Positions 41,317 to 60,009 of a stretch of DNA of 64,000 nt are shown here, in pieces. Position numbers and translations under genes: made by a program. The notes beneath the pieces were generated by a model. The model did no database searches. It was given only the letters and a program-made list of their open reading frames with translations, and was not told the origin of the DNA. Within the stretch, counting starts at the first letter, position 1. The number at the start of each line of letters is the position of its first letter. This DNA comes from the human T2T-CHM13v2.0 reference genome, Homo sapiens. The stretch is from NCBI RefSeq assembly GCF_009914755.1, contig NC_060930.1, one strand, 5' to 3'.

Positions 41317-42927
41317 GGCAAGAATAGTATTATATAATGGACTTTACATGCCAATCCCTCCCAAGTTACTTTGTGGCAAATCCCAGACAGCATGTCATTT
41401 CATCCTCAACTACAGCATTTTAGTTTGTATCTCTAAATGCACTCTTCTAAAAAAACATAACCACAATATCTTTACCACACATTCAAAAAGTATCCTAAAA
41501 TATTTAGTACTTACTTACATTTTTTTAATTGTCACATAACATTTTAAGTTTTTTTAATTGGGATCCAAAGGTCATAGTCATTGGGTGATAAATCTCTTAA
41601 ATCTTAATCTCTACGTTTCTTCTCCATCTCATTTTTCCCCTTGCAATTTTCTGTTTTTGTTGAAGCAATCAGGTCTTTTGTCTTTTACAGCAGAGCTTCT
41701 CAAAGTGTGATCTAATGCTGGTTTGTGAAAAGTATAGAAATTGACAGTAAATGTTTAGAAACTTACAGCAATTTGACATTGCTGCAACATCCAAGCACAT
41801 GAGCATCATCATCGGCAAACATGGTTTGGGTTTAAATTGTATGTATGGGGATATTCTAAGGTGCTGCTACAATACAGGAAAGCATTCTAGAGTACAGAGC
41901 GGAAGAAGCATGCACCATAATGTAAGTCAACATACTGTTTCCTTCAAGAATATCTTACTATGAAAAAATTTCAGCAGAATTAAACAGGCTTAGTAATGCA
42001 GTGAAATTTATTTATTTAGATAAAAGCTAATCTGTTAAGGTCAAGACTCTATCATGTGTTAAGTGGAAGGTGATCATAAACAATAGTTACTACATGTTGA
42101 AGTATGGTGGGAAGTATGGTTATCTAGGGGGAAATTCCATCAAATGTAGGAAATCCTAGAGTTCCTCAGGATAAGAAACCAGTTTGGTTCCAACTTTTTC
42201 TTTAAAAAAAAAATGTGAATTTGATCTCTTTGATATTTTAATGATCTTAATACTTTCATGCAAAGAAGAAGAGCAACATGTTTTTCAATGACAAGATCAA
42301 AAGGCCAAAAAAAAACTTGAAAGAACAGAGTTTCAACAGATTCTTATGACATATTCCATAATTTGATAACTAGCGAACAATGTCTACATGTGATTATACC
42401 TAGGTACAACCTTTTGAATTTTATCAGTGTTTGATTTTAATTGTTCATTAAAAGAAGATCCACATATGGGAAATACATGGATTTAGGAATCTATTTCTTT
42501 CATTGAAAGATAATTTAAATTTAATGTTACAGGATGAATTACTAGAATTGGCTATTATAAATTTAAGGTGAATTATGAAAATGGAATGTCAGTTGTCTCA
42601 TTTTGAATAAAAATTAAAAAGTAAATATCTTGGAATTATTATATCTTGGAGTTAATTATGGATTTAAAAATTACTTTAAAATCTGTTGTTTCATTTACAT
42701 AAGCATACCTCTGTGAGACTGTTTTTTTCTACGGTGATTGTTATTAAACATTGAAACAGTTAATATAAATATCCCCAAGTAGTGTTGTCCTTAACCCAGT
42801 TTAGGATTAATAGGCTAGAAGAAAACATTTAAAATTTTTAATATGAAAAATAATGATATACATGGTGTTTATGCAGTATGTATATAAGCATTTATTATGA
42901 AGAATTGCTACCTCCTTTATAACTTTA

Positions 42928-45256
<2,329 letters not shown>

Positions 45257-47835
45257 ATAACTTTACCTAGTTATGACTGCAGAATAACAGAAAGTTGTGA
45301 GTATAATAGGAATTTTCTAATAATTGTCTGTATTTGCACCTTCGATAAATAATGTGTATAGCTTTCCTAATTTTTTTTCTTGTTCTTTTTTTTCTAATTA
45401 GAATGTACTTTTATGTCTTTTGAATCTATGAATAAAAAATTGGGGCTTATATTTTATAAGTATTTTTCTCTTTTCTAATGTATTTTTATTGTATTTATCA
45501 ATACAATTTTTAAAATAGTGACAGGTTAGAACTAAAAAACCAAGTTAGAAACAAACATGCCTGTGGTGTCATTTAACGTGCTCTTCTGTTTCTGTATTTC
45601 GTGTACCTTGGTAGTTAGATTTCCTGAAAGCTTCGTCAGAGTCGGGCGCTTTTTCTGGGTGAGAGGGACAGGACTACTTCACAACTGACGTTACGTACTT
45701 TTAGCAGGAGGACACACTGTCTAGTTGCTGCTTGTCTCTTTCTGTGATGTTACCTGTTGATGATTATTGTCAAGAGCCATTAGTGTATTAGACAATGCAC
45801 AGTGGTGATATTCTAATCCTGTTATTCCTCTTTCATTTATCTCTATGCTTATTTACATCTATGGGATACTTTTAGAAAGGGAAACTTCATCTTGTCAACT
45901 CTTTGACCACCCCCCCGCTTCCCGAGACACAGGAGGCATAGATAGTATACAAAACCAAGTCCTTTGACATTACTAAAAGTCCTCGTACCTGATTCCACTT
46001 TTCTAGAGGTCTCTTGTCATATAGAAACAGCTCTCACCAACTGGTTAATGAGTATCTACTCTTTGCAAAACACGGTGAAGACAAGTCGGGGTTAAAGTAG
46101 AGTAGGACGTTGTCTTTTAACCTCAAGACTTTTGTCTCACTGTTTGGATCAGCTCTGACACCTGAAATTATTTAAGATCACCAGTATAAGTAATTCAGTG
46201 CTAAATCACTTCACTCCACAATCTACTCATATGAGGGCAAAAATTTACTGAAAGGTATTCTTAATTACAGCCTTCTAATTTCAATTTCAGAAACTGGTAG
46301 CATTTTTGTTCTTCCTGTTTATCTAACAAACTTCTGTTTCTGGTCATTAAACAGAATGTAACTTTGTGGGAAGGGTGGGGATTTTATTTATCCAAATGAA
46401 TAACCTTTATTCAGTTAAAAATTGCCAAATGTCTGTTTGTTCTTGGGGTTTTTTACGGTACTTAACATTCAGCCTGCCTGATAGCAGATAGGATTTAGGT
46501 TGCCAAATGTGGAAATGCAAGGAATGTCAGACGTGGCGAAAGCAAATCTGCAGAGATTCCTTGATGCCATCTTGTAAAGGAAAATATACTACTTTTTATG
46601 AGTGATGGCTGCCAGCTATTATTCCAGGGACAACATACCATATTTTGCTTTATAGACTTAAGAAAAGGAAGACCTATAGATATTATTTTTCTGTGGAGGG
46701 TGTTCTGACTCTTCCTCATCCAGGGAACCATTTTGAGGGTCTGCTAGTTTCTAAGTATATTTACCTCATTTATATACTTGGGGACAAGGTGCTTCTGTGG
46801 ACCTACTAGACTCACTGTGAAACCGACATGGCCACAGCTCCACTTGTCCCCTGGACTCCATAAGCCCCCACTCTAACGAGAGAACCACCATTTTAGATCC
46901 TGTGGTGTCAGGGTCAGCTCAGACCCGTATCTAACAGTCTGAAAGATCTGGCATTCCCCTTTCCCCAGCACCCGCCTGTGGCCTGTGATCCTAGTAGGTG
47001 GTAGAAGGTTCTTTTGTAGAGGGATCAGTGAAATCTTTATCATATGAACTGTGCGTGTGGGTATTGCAGGCTCCTTCCTCAACAAGACCTGTCCTCTCCT
47101 CAGACAGTAGACTCTGAGACTGAATTGCAGCATCTGATGTCAGCCTCTGCTTTTCAGCTCCCTCTCTTTTATACAAGTCAGGTAACACACGTGTCAGTTT
47201 CTGTCTATCTCGCCCATGCCAATCAGCCACAGATCCTTTGTGGTCAAAGAACTCCGGTTGCCACTCTGGCCTTGCTGTCCGTTATGACATTTACATCCAT
47301 CCTTGCCTCTGGTTAATTGTTACCACCTGGCCTCTGCTATTTTGGAATCCTACCATCCCCCATTAATTAAAAAGCTCAATACCGTGGCAGTGTCTCTTAC
47401 TGTCAACTCCAGCCAACAGAGGACAAAACCACTGAGCTTCTCAATGACACTGTGCCCCTCACAGATGCACTTATCCCTTTAGTGAAGGAAGCGACCTCTC
47501 GGCCCTCCTGGGATCATGGTCTGATGGTTGGCTCTTCTGATCTTTCATAAGAGATCCACACTACATGCCCACTCTTGAGCCTTTTGACCTCCTCAATATT
47601 CTGCCAAGGCAGTACCAGCATCTCCATTTAACTTACACGAGGCCATTGTGCTCAGGCCGCAAGGAGCCATCCCAATGTCCGCAGACCAGCTTTAGGTGTC
47701 TGCCGGAATACTAAACTACAAGTCACAGCAGAGTGCTCCCATGCAGATAAAGCCTCACCAATCTAGCCTGACATTCACCTCATCACCCTCCCCTTTCCGC
47801 CTGTTCCCCAGGCTCCCATCAGTGCAGTGAGTCCT

Positions 47836-48184
<349 letters not shown>

Positions 48185-48333
48185 CTATTCTCTGCATGAT
48201 CCTTATCAACTGGAGTGAAAAGGATTTGAGGACGGGAAGCATCATCTTAAGAAGTAGCTGCCTCAGATGAGGTCTTTACAGGATTTCTAGGCAAGAAGAG
48301 GTTGCTCTCCTCTAGTAAGAAAGGGCTGTTTCG

Positions 48334-48719
<386 letters not shown>

Positions 48720-49221
48720 TTATCGCAAGTATCAGGGTGGTTCCATCTGGGTAAACTCTCCACATCTCTGGGTTGTGACAGTGGTTTCCTGTAGCGGTAG
48801 TCCCACTCTTTGGTGTCAGAGAAACTCTATCCCAGGTGAGGTGCTATGTAGCTCTACTGGTCATAGCAGCAGTAGCTGAGATAGTGCAGCTGAGAGGATT
48901 ATGAAGTAGCGCACAGGAGGTGTTTGTACAAGCCTTCTCTATGAGACTTTATTTCTGAGGTCAGATAAGTACTTCATTTAAACCCAGAATTCCTGTGTGA
49001 CGGGTACAGTCACAGGAATCTCAGGAGGCCAAGTGTTGCCCCTGAAGTTTTTCAAACCCCAAAAGATGAACTAAATCTTGAAGAAAACAACATTGAACTT
49101 GAATCAAACGTGGTTGTTGTTATAACAATGATAATAGCAATAATAATCATGGCTACCATTTACTGACCATTATTAAAAGATGGCATCTGGATTAAATGTT
49201 CTGTGTATATTATTTTAATTT

Positions 49222-49507
49222 ATTGAGACAGAGTCTCACACTGTTGCCCAGACTGGAGTGCAGTGGTGCAATCTTGGCTCACTGCAAGCTCTTCCTCTCG
49301 GGTTCACATCATTCTCCTGCCTCAGCCTCCTGAGCAGCTGGGACCACAGGTGCCCACCACCACGCCTGGTAATTTTTTTGTATTTTTTTTAGTAGAGACG
49401 GGGTTTCACCGTGTTATCCAGGATGGTCTTGATCTCCTGACCTCATGATCTGCCCGCCTCAGCCTCCCAAAGTGCTGGGATTACGGCGTGAGCCACTGCG
49501 CCCGGCC
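49222..49507 (-). mobile_element. AluY-like in a MIR
   Basis: actgcaagctc, ccattctcctgc-like, accgtgttatccaggatggtc; TSD tta(t/c)tttaattt. Confidence 0.9.
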
Positions 49508-49852
49508 TTACTTTAATTTTTATAACCATCTATCAGAGAGATAGTATGCTCAGTTTACAAAAGAAACAGCTGACACTTTGAGAAGTTAAGCAGCTTCTTC
49601 ACAGTAAAAACACCAGGAGGGGAGTGGGGCTTGAATTTGAACCTAAATTTATATGACTCTAAAATGTTAACCATCTGGTTTATAACAGCTATTTTGCTTC
49701 TCCAGCCAAGCCATAAAAACTTAAGAAATATATATACCAGTCAGAATCTTTCATATATATGTAATTTTTGAAAAAGGGACAGTGTAACAAGCTAATGATG
49801 TTCCAAAAGTTGTGTGGTGGGCGGGGGGACAGAAGGGCTGAAAGCAGTGTGA

Positions 49853-50147
<295 letters not shown>

Positions 50148-50354
50148 CTATTATATATTTTTAACTGCAGTAAACCACATTTAAGAGAAAAAGAAAAGAA
50201 GGAAAAAATGGGGAGATGTCCCTGTTTCATAGGACCTTCTCACTGTGATTGGCGTTTTCCAAGATGAGCGCCTGCAGTCAGCCCCTCTCTAGTCCTTGGC
50301 ACTTACAGGATACCTGTTGAGCTGCTGTGAAATATCACTTTTAAGAAACCTCAT

Positions 50355-50519
50355 TTTTTATTTTGATTTTTTTGAGACAAGGTCTCACTCTGTTGTCCAG
50401 GCTGGAATGCAGTGACGTGATCACGGCTCATTGCAGCCACACCTCCTGGGTTCAAATGATCCTCCCACCTCGGCCTCCCAAAGTGCTGGGATTACAGGTG
50501 CATACCATTGTGCCTGGCC
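50355..50519 (-). mobile_element. Alu monomer (FRAM/FAM-like)
   Basis: Single-arm Alu; TSD ttaagaaac on both sides. Confidence 0.8.
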
Positions 50520-51424
50520 TTAAGAAACTTCTTTATGGGGCACTGTTGTGGGCCATTGCTAAGAACGGTAACTAGTTACAACTTGTTATTTGGGGGGGGG
50601 TTACATATGTGTTCTAGCAATGAGTTGAGGCAGATGTAGGGGGCAGTGGTTAATCTGGCAAGGGTTGGTCTTAGAGGTGGGAAACCACTGTTGGCAGCCC
50701 TTTCTGCTGCTACCTCCAATAAGAGCCAGCCCAGCTGAGTGGTTTCACTGGTGTGTGGGATGTGCCTTTGTCATGGCCTGCAGACCTGATGTTGATGCTC
50801 TTGCCCATGACTGAGGACAAAGGGGCGGGGTGGAAAGCCATCAGGTGTGGTGTCTTGTTCCCAGGCCTCCGGGGGTGTCACCTGCCTCTGGGGGGCAGCC
50901 TGCCCTGCTCAGCTAACTCATGTAGGGGCTCCCTGACAGCAGCTGCTTGGCAGCGCACCAGCGGGGCTCGGGAAACAACTCTTGCCATCCCCTCAGTATT
51001 AGTTGCTGTTTCTCTGCTTGTGGATATTCCTTGATGGCAGGATTTTCCTCTTTTTGACTGAACAGCAAACCAGTTTAACTCCTTACATAATATTTTATAG
51101 AAAATTGTATCCTTTATTGGATCTGATAGAAATCATTGAGTATATCCCAGGAATGTCAAAAGGTAAGTTGGCTGAGAGCCAGCTGCTACCATTTCTGTCA
51201 CTTCAATTGTTAATGGGCATTTCCTATGTTCATCACTGTGGCAAACACTTTATTACCTTCTTTGGTTCTCACAGTAACCATATCAATATTTTTTTATCAC
51301 CCTCGTTTTACAAAGAAGGAAAATGAGGCTTACAGGGCTTCAATGACTTGCCTGTGGCATATAGCATGCAGTCAGTTGGAATGAAATCCGTGTCTGATTT
51401 CAATGCCCCAACACCTAAATAGAA

Positions 51425-51980
51425 TTTTAAAAATTGAGATATATTTTACATACCATAAATTTACCCTTTTAAAAGTGTACAATTCAGTGGTTTTCATGTA
51501 TATTCACAAAGATGTCAGTCATCGCCACTAAATCCAGAACATTTACATCACCCTAAAAAGACATCCCATACCCATTAATAGTCATTCCCTATTCTTTCTC
51601 CTGGCAACCACTAATCTACTTTCCATCTCTATGGATTTGCCTATTTTGGACATTTCATATAAATAGAAGCATGCACTATGTGGTGTTTTGTATCTGGCTT
51701 CTTTTACATAGTTTAATTTTTCAAGATGCATCTATGTTATAGCATGTATCAGTAGTTCATTCCTTTTTATGGCTGAATAATATTCATGGTGTGGCTATAC
51801 TACATTTTGTTTATCAGTTCACCATTGATGGACATTTGAGTTGTTTCTACTTTTTGGCTGTTTGAATAATGCTGAAGAGAACATTTGTATACAAGTTTTG
51901 TGTGGTCATATGTGTTCTGTTCACTTAGACACAGAGCTAGGAGTGGAATTACTGAGTCATATGGTAACTTTATGAATTAA
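51425..51980 (-). mobile_element. L1MB 3' fragment
   Basis: aattgagatatattttacataccataaattt...ggcaaccactaatctactttccatctctatggatttgcc...aggagtggaattactgagtcatatggtaac. Confidence 0.88.
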
Positions 51981-52260
51981 CTGGACTTTTACTTGAACTC
52001 CTGAGTCTTCTCAAGGTATGAAAATAAAGTAGATAAGGCAATTTTTAAGGCAGTGCTGTAGAAGCCCAGCATATTATAGAGAGGAGAGTTCCCACTGCTG
52101 TGAAAAAAGAGGCTTCTCCTTTGGAGCTTTGTTATTATTTTGATAAAATTATACAGTGGCGACCAGTGTTAGCAAATGAGGGTTACGCAGCGTCTTAGTG
52201 TGTAGGCTGGAAAACACATGACTTGCATAGTAATAGTTAGGTTTCCATTTCTGTTATCTC

Positions 52261-52973
<713 letters not shown>

Positions 52974-53236
52974 ACCTCCCATGCATTCAGGTATTTTTTA
53001 AGCCTGCTTTGATAAGAAATCAAAACAAAAACAACTTGGAGTTTATTCTTACATGACTTTCTTTTTTTTATGTGACTTTTTGAAGTCATAGACTGCTTTT
53101 TAGAGTGGTGAGGAACAGACAGAAGCCCAGTGCCCTGCACTCCTGCCTCTGGGACACCCAATGCCTTATATGCTTCAAACAGACTGATGGGTACATTTGA
53201 ATGTGAGAAATATGCATAGAAACATCAGCTACATCA

Positions 53237-53509
53237 AGGTGGGAGGATTATTGAGGCCAGGAGTTCAAGACCAGCCTGAGTAACATAGTGAGACCTGTGT
53301 CTCTTTAAAAAAAAGAAAAGAAAAAAAAAGAAAAAAAAATTAGCCAGACTTGGTGGCAGGCCACTGTAGACCTAGCTACTCAGGAGGCTGAGGCAGGAGG
53401 ATCACCTGGGCCCAGGAGTTTGAGGCTGTAATAAGTTCTGATTGTGTCACTGCACTCCAGCCTGAGCAATGAGATTCAGTCTTTAAAAAGAAAGAAAGAA
53501 AGAAAGAAA
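53237..53509 (+). mobile_element. AluJ, 5'-truncated, (GAAA)n tail
   Basis: aggtgggaggattattgaggccaggagttcaagacc...; TSD-like cagctaca. Confidence 0.88.
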
Positions 53510-53514
53510 CCAGC

Positions 53515-54419
<905 letters not shown>

Positions 54420-56029
54420 CTATCTCTAGTTCTAAAATAAATCTTAAACATGATACAGACTATGGAAATGTAATAAATTCAATCAGAGAGAATCCCTTTG
54501 TTAATTCAGCAAATATCTGAAGAGCAGAGCCTGGGCTGGGAGGCAGTCTTCTTGTTAGGAAGGGGGTGGGATTTGAGAATGCCTCAGGAATGGGAGGGAC
54601 TGAGCTTGAGCCCCCACCTATCGTCAGTAGCTGCATCTTTTCCTCACGCTGGTATGCTCACTGTCTTTTCATGTCATTCTTCTTCCTTTGCGTCTCCTCT
54701 CCTACCCCCAGCTCTTCCTGCCTTTTTTTCTGTCACCCTCTTCCCACCATGCTGTTTGTTTTGACATTGAACTAGATATAAATTATCCAAGAGGCGATCT
54801 GGCTGAGGCTGGGGAATGTGCAGGACTGTCCTCGCCCAGGGCTTTGGGAGATCCCCCAGGAAAAGGGTTGTCAGGACTGGAATGTCCACCCAGGAGAAGG
54901 TCTGTGGATTTTCCCTACAAAGGACTCCCCAAAGACTGGGTTCCAGGCCCCTGAGATTAGGGAAGAGGCAAGCCCAAGAGAGAAAGCTCCATCATCTACC
55001 ACAGCAAATGCAGATTTTCTCTATGAAGAGAAGACCAAGCCTTTTGCTATGAGATCAGTAGGGAAAGGGCACAGGGTTAACCTGGGACTATTCACAGAAG
55101 AGTCTTAAGCTTTGTAATTTCTCAGGTTATTTTGGATCCTGCCTCCTGAAGACTGCTGAATCTCAGCTAATTTTTGTTGTAGAAATAATTTGCCTATGAT
55201 AATAATGAGACTATCCTGAGAGAGATGTTTATTTTAAGACTGTTTAAAACTCTCAGGAATAAATATCCCTGGGGCTGATTCTGGGCATTAAAAACACAAT
55301 TCAAGGTGAGTTTCATTTCTCTTCCTGCGGCCTTCACATTAGGAACCTCTTTTTACAAAGATGTGGCAGAATTTTGATTTTAAATAATTCATAATGATAC
55401 TGTTGACAATTTTGTATGTTTGTCATGTGACATAATTATTGGTTAAGGAATGTAGTGGACCAAACTTGCTCATGGCTAATCTGTGGCTGAAACTTAAAAT
55501 ATGGACAATATCCAATTTGGAAGAAAGCCTTAGCTCGGAAATAATCAGATATAACCAGGATTAGGGAGATGCTGACTGAAGATAAGCTGACTTCAGACAG
55601 GGTATTCTTGCGAAGCATGTCCTCCACCTAACTGGAGCATTACCTTCCTTAGGGGTCAGAGTCCACCAGGTTAGAGTGCTTCTTCCTGCCATGGACTGCA
55701 CATGCACATGGCTAATCATCATGTATGATGACATGAGTATAGGAGAGGACCCTCAGGGCCTCCCTGATGGCCAGCTGTACCTGAAGTCCTCCTAGTCCCC
55801 CTTATCTGCAGAGACACTTGATCCCAGCAAAGCTCAGTGCTGAAGCCAAATACTGTGTCATGCTGCGTGCTGAGTAAGGCCAAGAGACCAAATGAGGATT
55901 TGGGCAGCGCTTGGGAACTATAAAGAAGAGGTGAAGGTTTAAGAGACAGAGGAAGGAGTAGATGTTGGGAAGGGCTTGGAAATCTAATTGGAGAATTTAG
56001 CCTCTTGTTGACTTTACATAGGCATACAT

Positions 56030-56225
56030 ACACCCTAATATTTAGTGAGTGCTTTTTCTGTGCCAAGTGCCGTGCTTATCATCTACTCCCTTGGGAGTAG
56101 CTCCCTAGCGTATTCTCCTAGCTACCCTATGAAGTCAGCAGCTATCATTATTATCCCCATTTTTATAGATGAGAATATTAAGGCCCAAGGAAGTTAGTCA
56201 TATAACCTGCCTAGGGCCATGAAGC
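56030..56225 (-). mobile_element. MIR
   Basis: ttattatccccatttttatagatgagaatattaaggcccaagg. Confidence 0.7.
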
Positions 56226-57511
56226 ACATTCTATGGGTGGACTGCTTAAATAGATTCTCTCCTTCCCTTGCTTCTCCCCACTCCTGCCTCAGCCAACCTT
56301 GGAAGAGAATTGAGAAGGGGACCTAGCGGAGTCTTTTGTGGATAGTGGTGTGGACAGTCCATGTAGTACCGGTGTTTCCAGACCATGATGTCACCTCTCA
56401 CAGGTGGTAGACATTATCAGCGGAAAATCACACCTAACCTGGACATGCATGTTGATAGCTGCAGAGAGCTGTGAGAGAAGGTCATGTGGGTTAGGGAGAG
56501 TGAGGGATGAGAGGGAAGAGCAGTGTGTGTCATAGTATCTGGAATAATCTAGCATCAGATGGATATCATTTCAAGAAATGCCTCAGTGGCAGAATGATTG
56601 AATAAAATGGGACTCCTGGAATGAAAACCAGGCCCAGAAGAGTCAGAAACACCATTTCTGGAGGAGGGTCACACAGCCGACTGATAGCAGAAGCAAGTAT
56701 GTGTCACTGGGAGAGATTGAGCGTGTGCCTGAGGATGGCGGGCTCACTGACTTGCAGGTGTCCTCCAGCCCTGGGAGAAGGCCTCTGTCCTCTGTGGGAT
56801 AGCGTAGAAGAAATACTGTTGGAAACCAAATTAGAGTAGCAAATCACAGTTGGTGTTTACTTCTGAGTAGATATTCATGTTTATGGGAAGCAAAGGCTTC
56901 CCTTTGCCATATTCAGGACTATGTTTGCAGGATTATAGTCAGACATTTAATTCCCCGCTAGCAGAGCAGCTTCCTGGTTTTTTCAAGCTTATGGTGCAGA
57001 ATTGGAAAGTGACAGGCTGTCACGCTCATTTCAGTTCAGTGGTGTTTCCTGTGGGAGATTACTGAGGACTCAGTCTGACTCAGCTGGCAGCTGGAGAGAC
57101 CCCAGCCAGCGTGCCTCTCGTCTCGCCCTCACCAGCAGGACCCACTTCTCCTGCTGACATCATGCCCATATCAAGTGCTTCCCCACCTTACTTTCTCCCT
57201 CACAAAGGAATGAGTGATGGATAATTAATATGTAGAAGTACATATAAAGTGTATGAAATTGTATGAAGGATATGTAGCCAGTAGGACTACTCTTGCCCCT
57301 GGAACCTGACCATCCTTCAAACAGCAGCAAGGGACCCTTAGGTTACAAAGTATTTACAGGTGTTGAAGTGACATATTGGAGCTCTGGTTCTTGGCCCTAA
57401 AGATGGGGGGGTGTGAGTGACTTCAAAAAGGGAGCACAGCCTGTGATTTTCAGTGGCTGAGACAAGTAATTGGTGAAGAGTTATTGAGCATCCATTACGT
57501 AGAAGGCATTC

Positions 57512-57930
57512 CTATTTCCTTTGACTGCCGTAACAAACCACTGCAAACGACATGGCTGGAAACAACAGACATTTATGCTGTCACAGTTCTGGAGGGCAGA
57601 GTCTGAAATCAAGCCACTGGTGAGGTCGCATTGCCTCTGGAGGAGACTGTTCCCTTGTATCCTCCATTCTCTGGTAGCTCCAGGGTTCCTTGGCTTGTGG
57701 CCATATCACTCCATTCTCTGCCTCTGTGGTCACATGGCCTCTTTTTCTTCTGTCTCAAAACTCTGCCTCTCTTATAAAGGACACATGTGACTACCCACCC
57801 AGATAATCCAGGACATCAACGGATTAACTTAATCACGTCTTTTTTTTTTTGTCATATAAATTAATATAGATTCTGGGGACTAAGACATGGACATATCTTT
57901 TGGGGACCCACCATTCAGTTCACTATAGAA
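57512..57930 (-). mobile_element. MLT1B/C-type LTR
   Basis: actgccgtaacaaaccactgcaaac...tcacagttctggagggcagagtctgaaatcaag...tggacatatcttttgggg. Confidence 0.85.
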
Positions 57931-58390
57931 TTCTATTAGTTTATCTGGAAACATGAAAAAGTAAGAGAAGGTATCAGCTCTCTAAGAGTCTGTAATGCAG
58001 TTAGGTGAATATAGATGTGTTTATTTATCCAATAAGCCTGTATTGTTTCCATGCCACGTATTGTTCGTGTGACAGGCTGTGTGGTTGCATTGAACTTACA
58101 TAGTGGAATGAGACACAGCCCCTGTGCTGGAGAAGCTCAGAGTCTGAGAGGAAAGACATTGTACACAAGACTAACCTGAGAGAATTTCAGTCTCTCATGG
58201 TCCAGTGTTTGTAAGAAGATATTCAAAGAAGCACAATCCGAAGACCAAAATTAACTTGTAAATGCATTTTAATAACTTCTTGTTCTCAAAAGTAAAGGAA
58301 ATCCAAAATATAACCCCATAGTACAATGTTCATATCCTGGTTTTCTTTCCTAATTCTCTCACATTCCCCCATTCTGCATGGCACATTCAT

Positions 58391-58507
58391 TTCTCCCTCT
58401 CCGCCTCTCTCTATCCTCTCCTCCCTCCCCCCTTTCTCTCCATCCTCTCCTCCCCCCCTTCTCTTCTCATCCTCTCCTCCCTCCCCCCTCTCTCCCCCCT
58501 CCCCCGC
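58391..58507 (+). repeat. C/T-rich low-complexity tract
   Basis: ttctccctctccgcctctctctatcctctcctccctccccc...ccccctcccccgcc. Confidence 0.9.
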
Positions 58508-58729
58508 CTCAGCGTTTTTTTATATAGATGGGCTTAGCCTCCCTTGACAAGTCAGCTTTATTCTATCTCAACTCTCCCGCTTGTCCTCTAAGTCTACATC
58601 CTAAAGCCCAGGAATTTCTCTGGTTAGGACAGTCTCCTTAGAAGGAGAGGCACATGGAGAAGCCTTTTTACTTAGAATATAAGAAGAGAGGCCAACAGTA
58701 CTGACATCACACAATTGCAGTCCAGTTTG

Positions 58730-59340
58730 ATAAGTATTACAGTGAGATTTTAAAAATACATTATTTTGTGCTGGCCTCATTCAATTTTTGCAGCAACCCA
58801 GTGGGTAAAAACTGTAGTTATTCCTATTTTATACATAAGGGAGTGGGCTTATAGTCATTAAGAAACTTGCTCAAAATCAGTAGCAGACCTGGGATTTGAG
58901 CTCAGGGCAGGGTGATTTCACCCTTGGGACCCTGGAGGTTGGAAGAGTATTAGGAGAACCTTTAAGAGGAGGACGCCTTTGAATCAGGTATCTTTGAAGT
59001 CTAAGAAGGAGTTTGGACAAGATTTAAAGAGAATTCTAAGCAAAAATGACATGGTGGGGCTTTCAAGGTGCTCTAAGTACCTTTTGGCCAAGCTAGGGTG
59101 CAGGATGCAGCGGGGGAGAGGTATCAGAAGAAAAGGTGGTTGGAAACAGACTGGGATGAGACTATGCATGGATTTGTATATCTCTGGACTTTGTTCTGGG
59201 GGAAATATGTGTCACTGAGGTTCCAAGGAGAGGAGAAACACAATCACATTTGTGTTGTGAAAAGAGCACTGTAACATCAGGGATCACATAAATCAAGGCG
59301 GGGGAGGGAGAGGGCAGGACTTGAGGCAGGGAGAGTAACG
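58730..59340. mobile_element. MIR fragment followed by L2 fragment
   Basis: attcctattttatacataagg...aacttgctcaaaatc...gggatttgagctcagg (MIR), then purine-rich L2-like text. Confidence 0.5.
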
Positions 59341-60009
59341 TGGCAGAATGGCTTTTACATGCAAATTCAGCCCATAATTAGCAGTCCCACTAGCCCCCTG
59401 TATGGTCTGTTTACATAAAACACTCTGACAAGAGGCACAGAGGAAGAGCAGTCCATAGATAAAGGCACCATAGACCTAGCAAACACCGCCAGCAGTCTGC
59501 CCCCTGGCAAGTGGGCACAGTGGCAGTGGCTCCTACTGCATTGCAGCTCAGCTGTCTGTTCTCAACCTTTGCCATCTTGAAACAAACTGAAGGGGAAGGG
59601 CTAGGTTCTCATTATCCCTTTCTTCTAACACTGACACAACATAAAGCAGGAACTTGCCTCTCATTGGCTCATTGCCCTCTAAGATCCAGACAGAGCACAG
59701 AGAATTTAACCACCATGGGCTCAATGGTTCTGTCTTTCCTGGGAGTCAAGTTAAAGAAATCCCAAGAACTAGCTGACCAGCTTGTGCTGACTTGTATAAA
59801 GTTATCTTTTATTGAGGACCTGTTTTGAGACAAAGCACACTCACTATCTGAATCCTGAATATTAGTCTGGCTTTGGCTTCTGTTTTTCCCTAAGTGAAAA
59901 CCCATCTGCAGAAGCAGATTTCCATATATAAGCTGAAACCTGCTTTACCTCTTGTCCCAATTTCTAAGTTTAGATAATCACAGAATTTCAAGAAACATTA
60001 GCAACATTC

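Noticed and set aside
45905-46480. Foreign or implanted segment (slightly more CpG; its unreversed complement has a ~50-codon open frame)
   Set aside because: The complement-only reading has no biological meaning, and ~46035-46140 fits a decayed L2 3' end.
54780-55110. Processed pseudogene or coding exon (overlapping 78-96 aa ORFs)
   Set aside because: No recognisable protein, poly-A or TSD.
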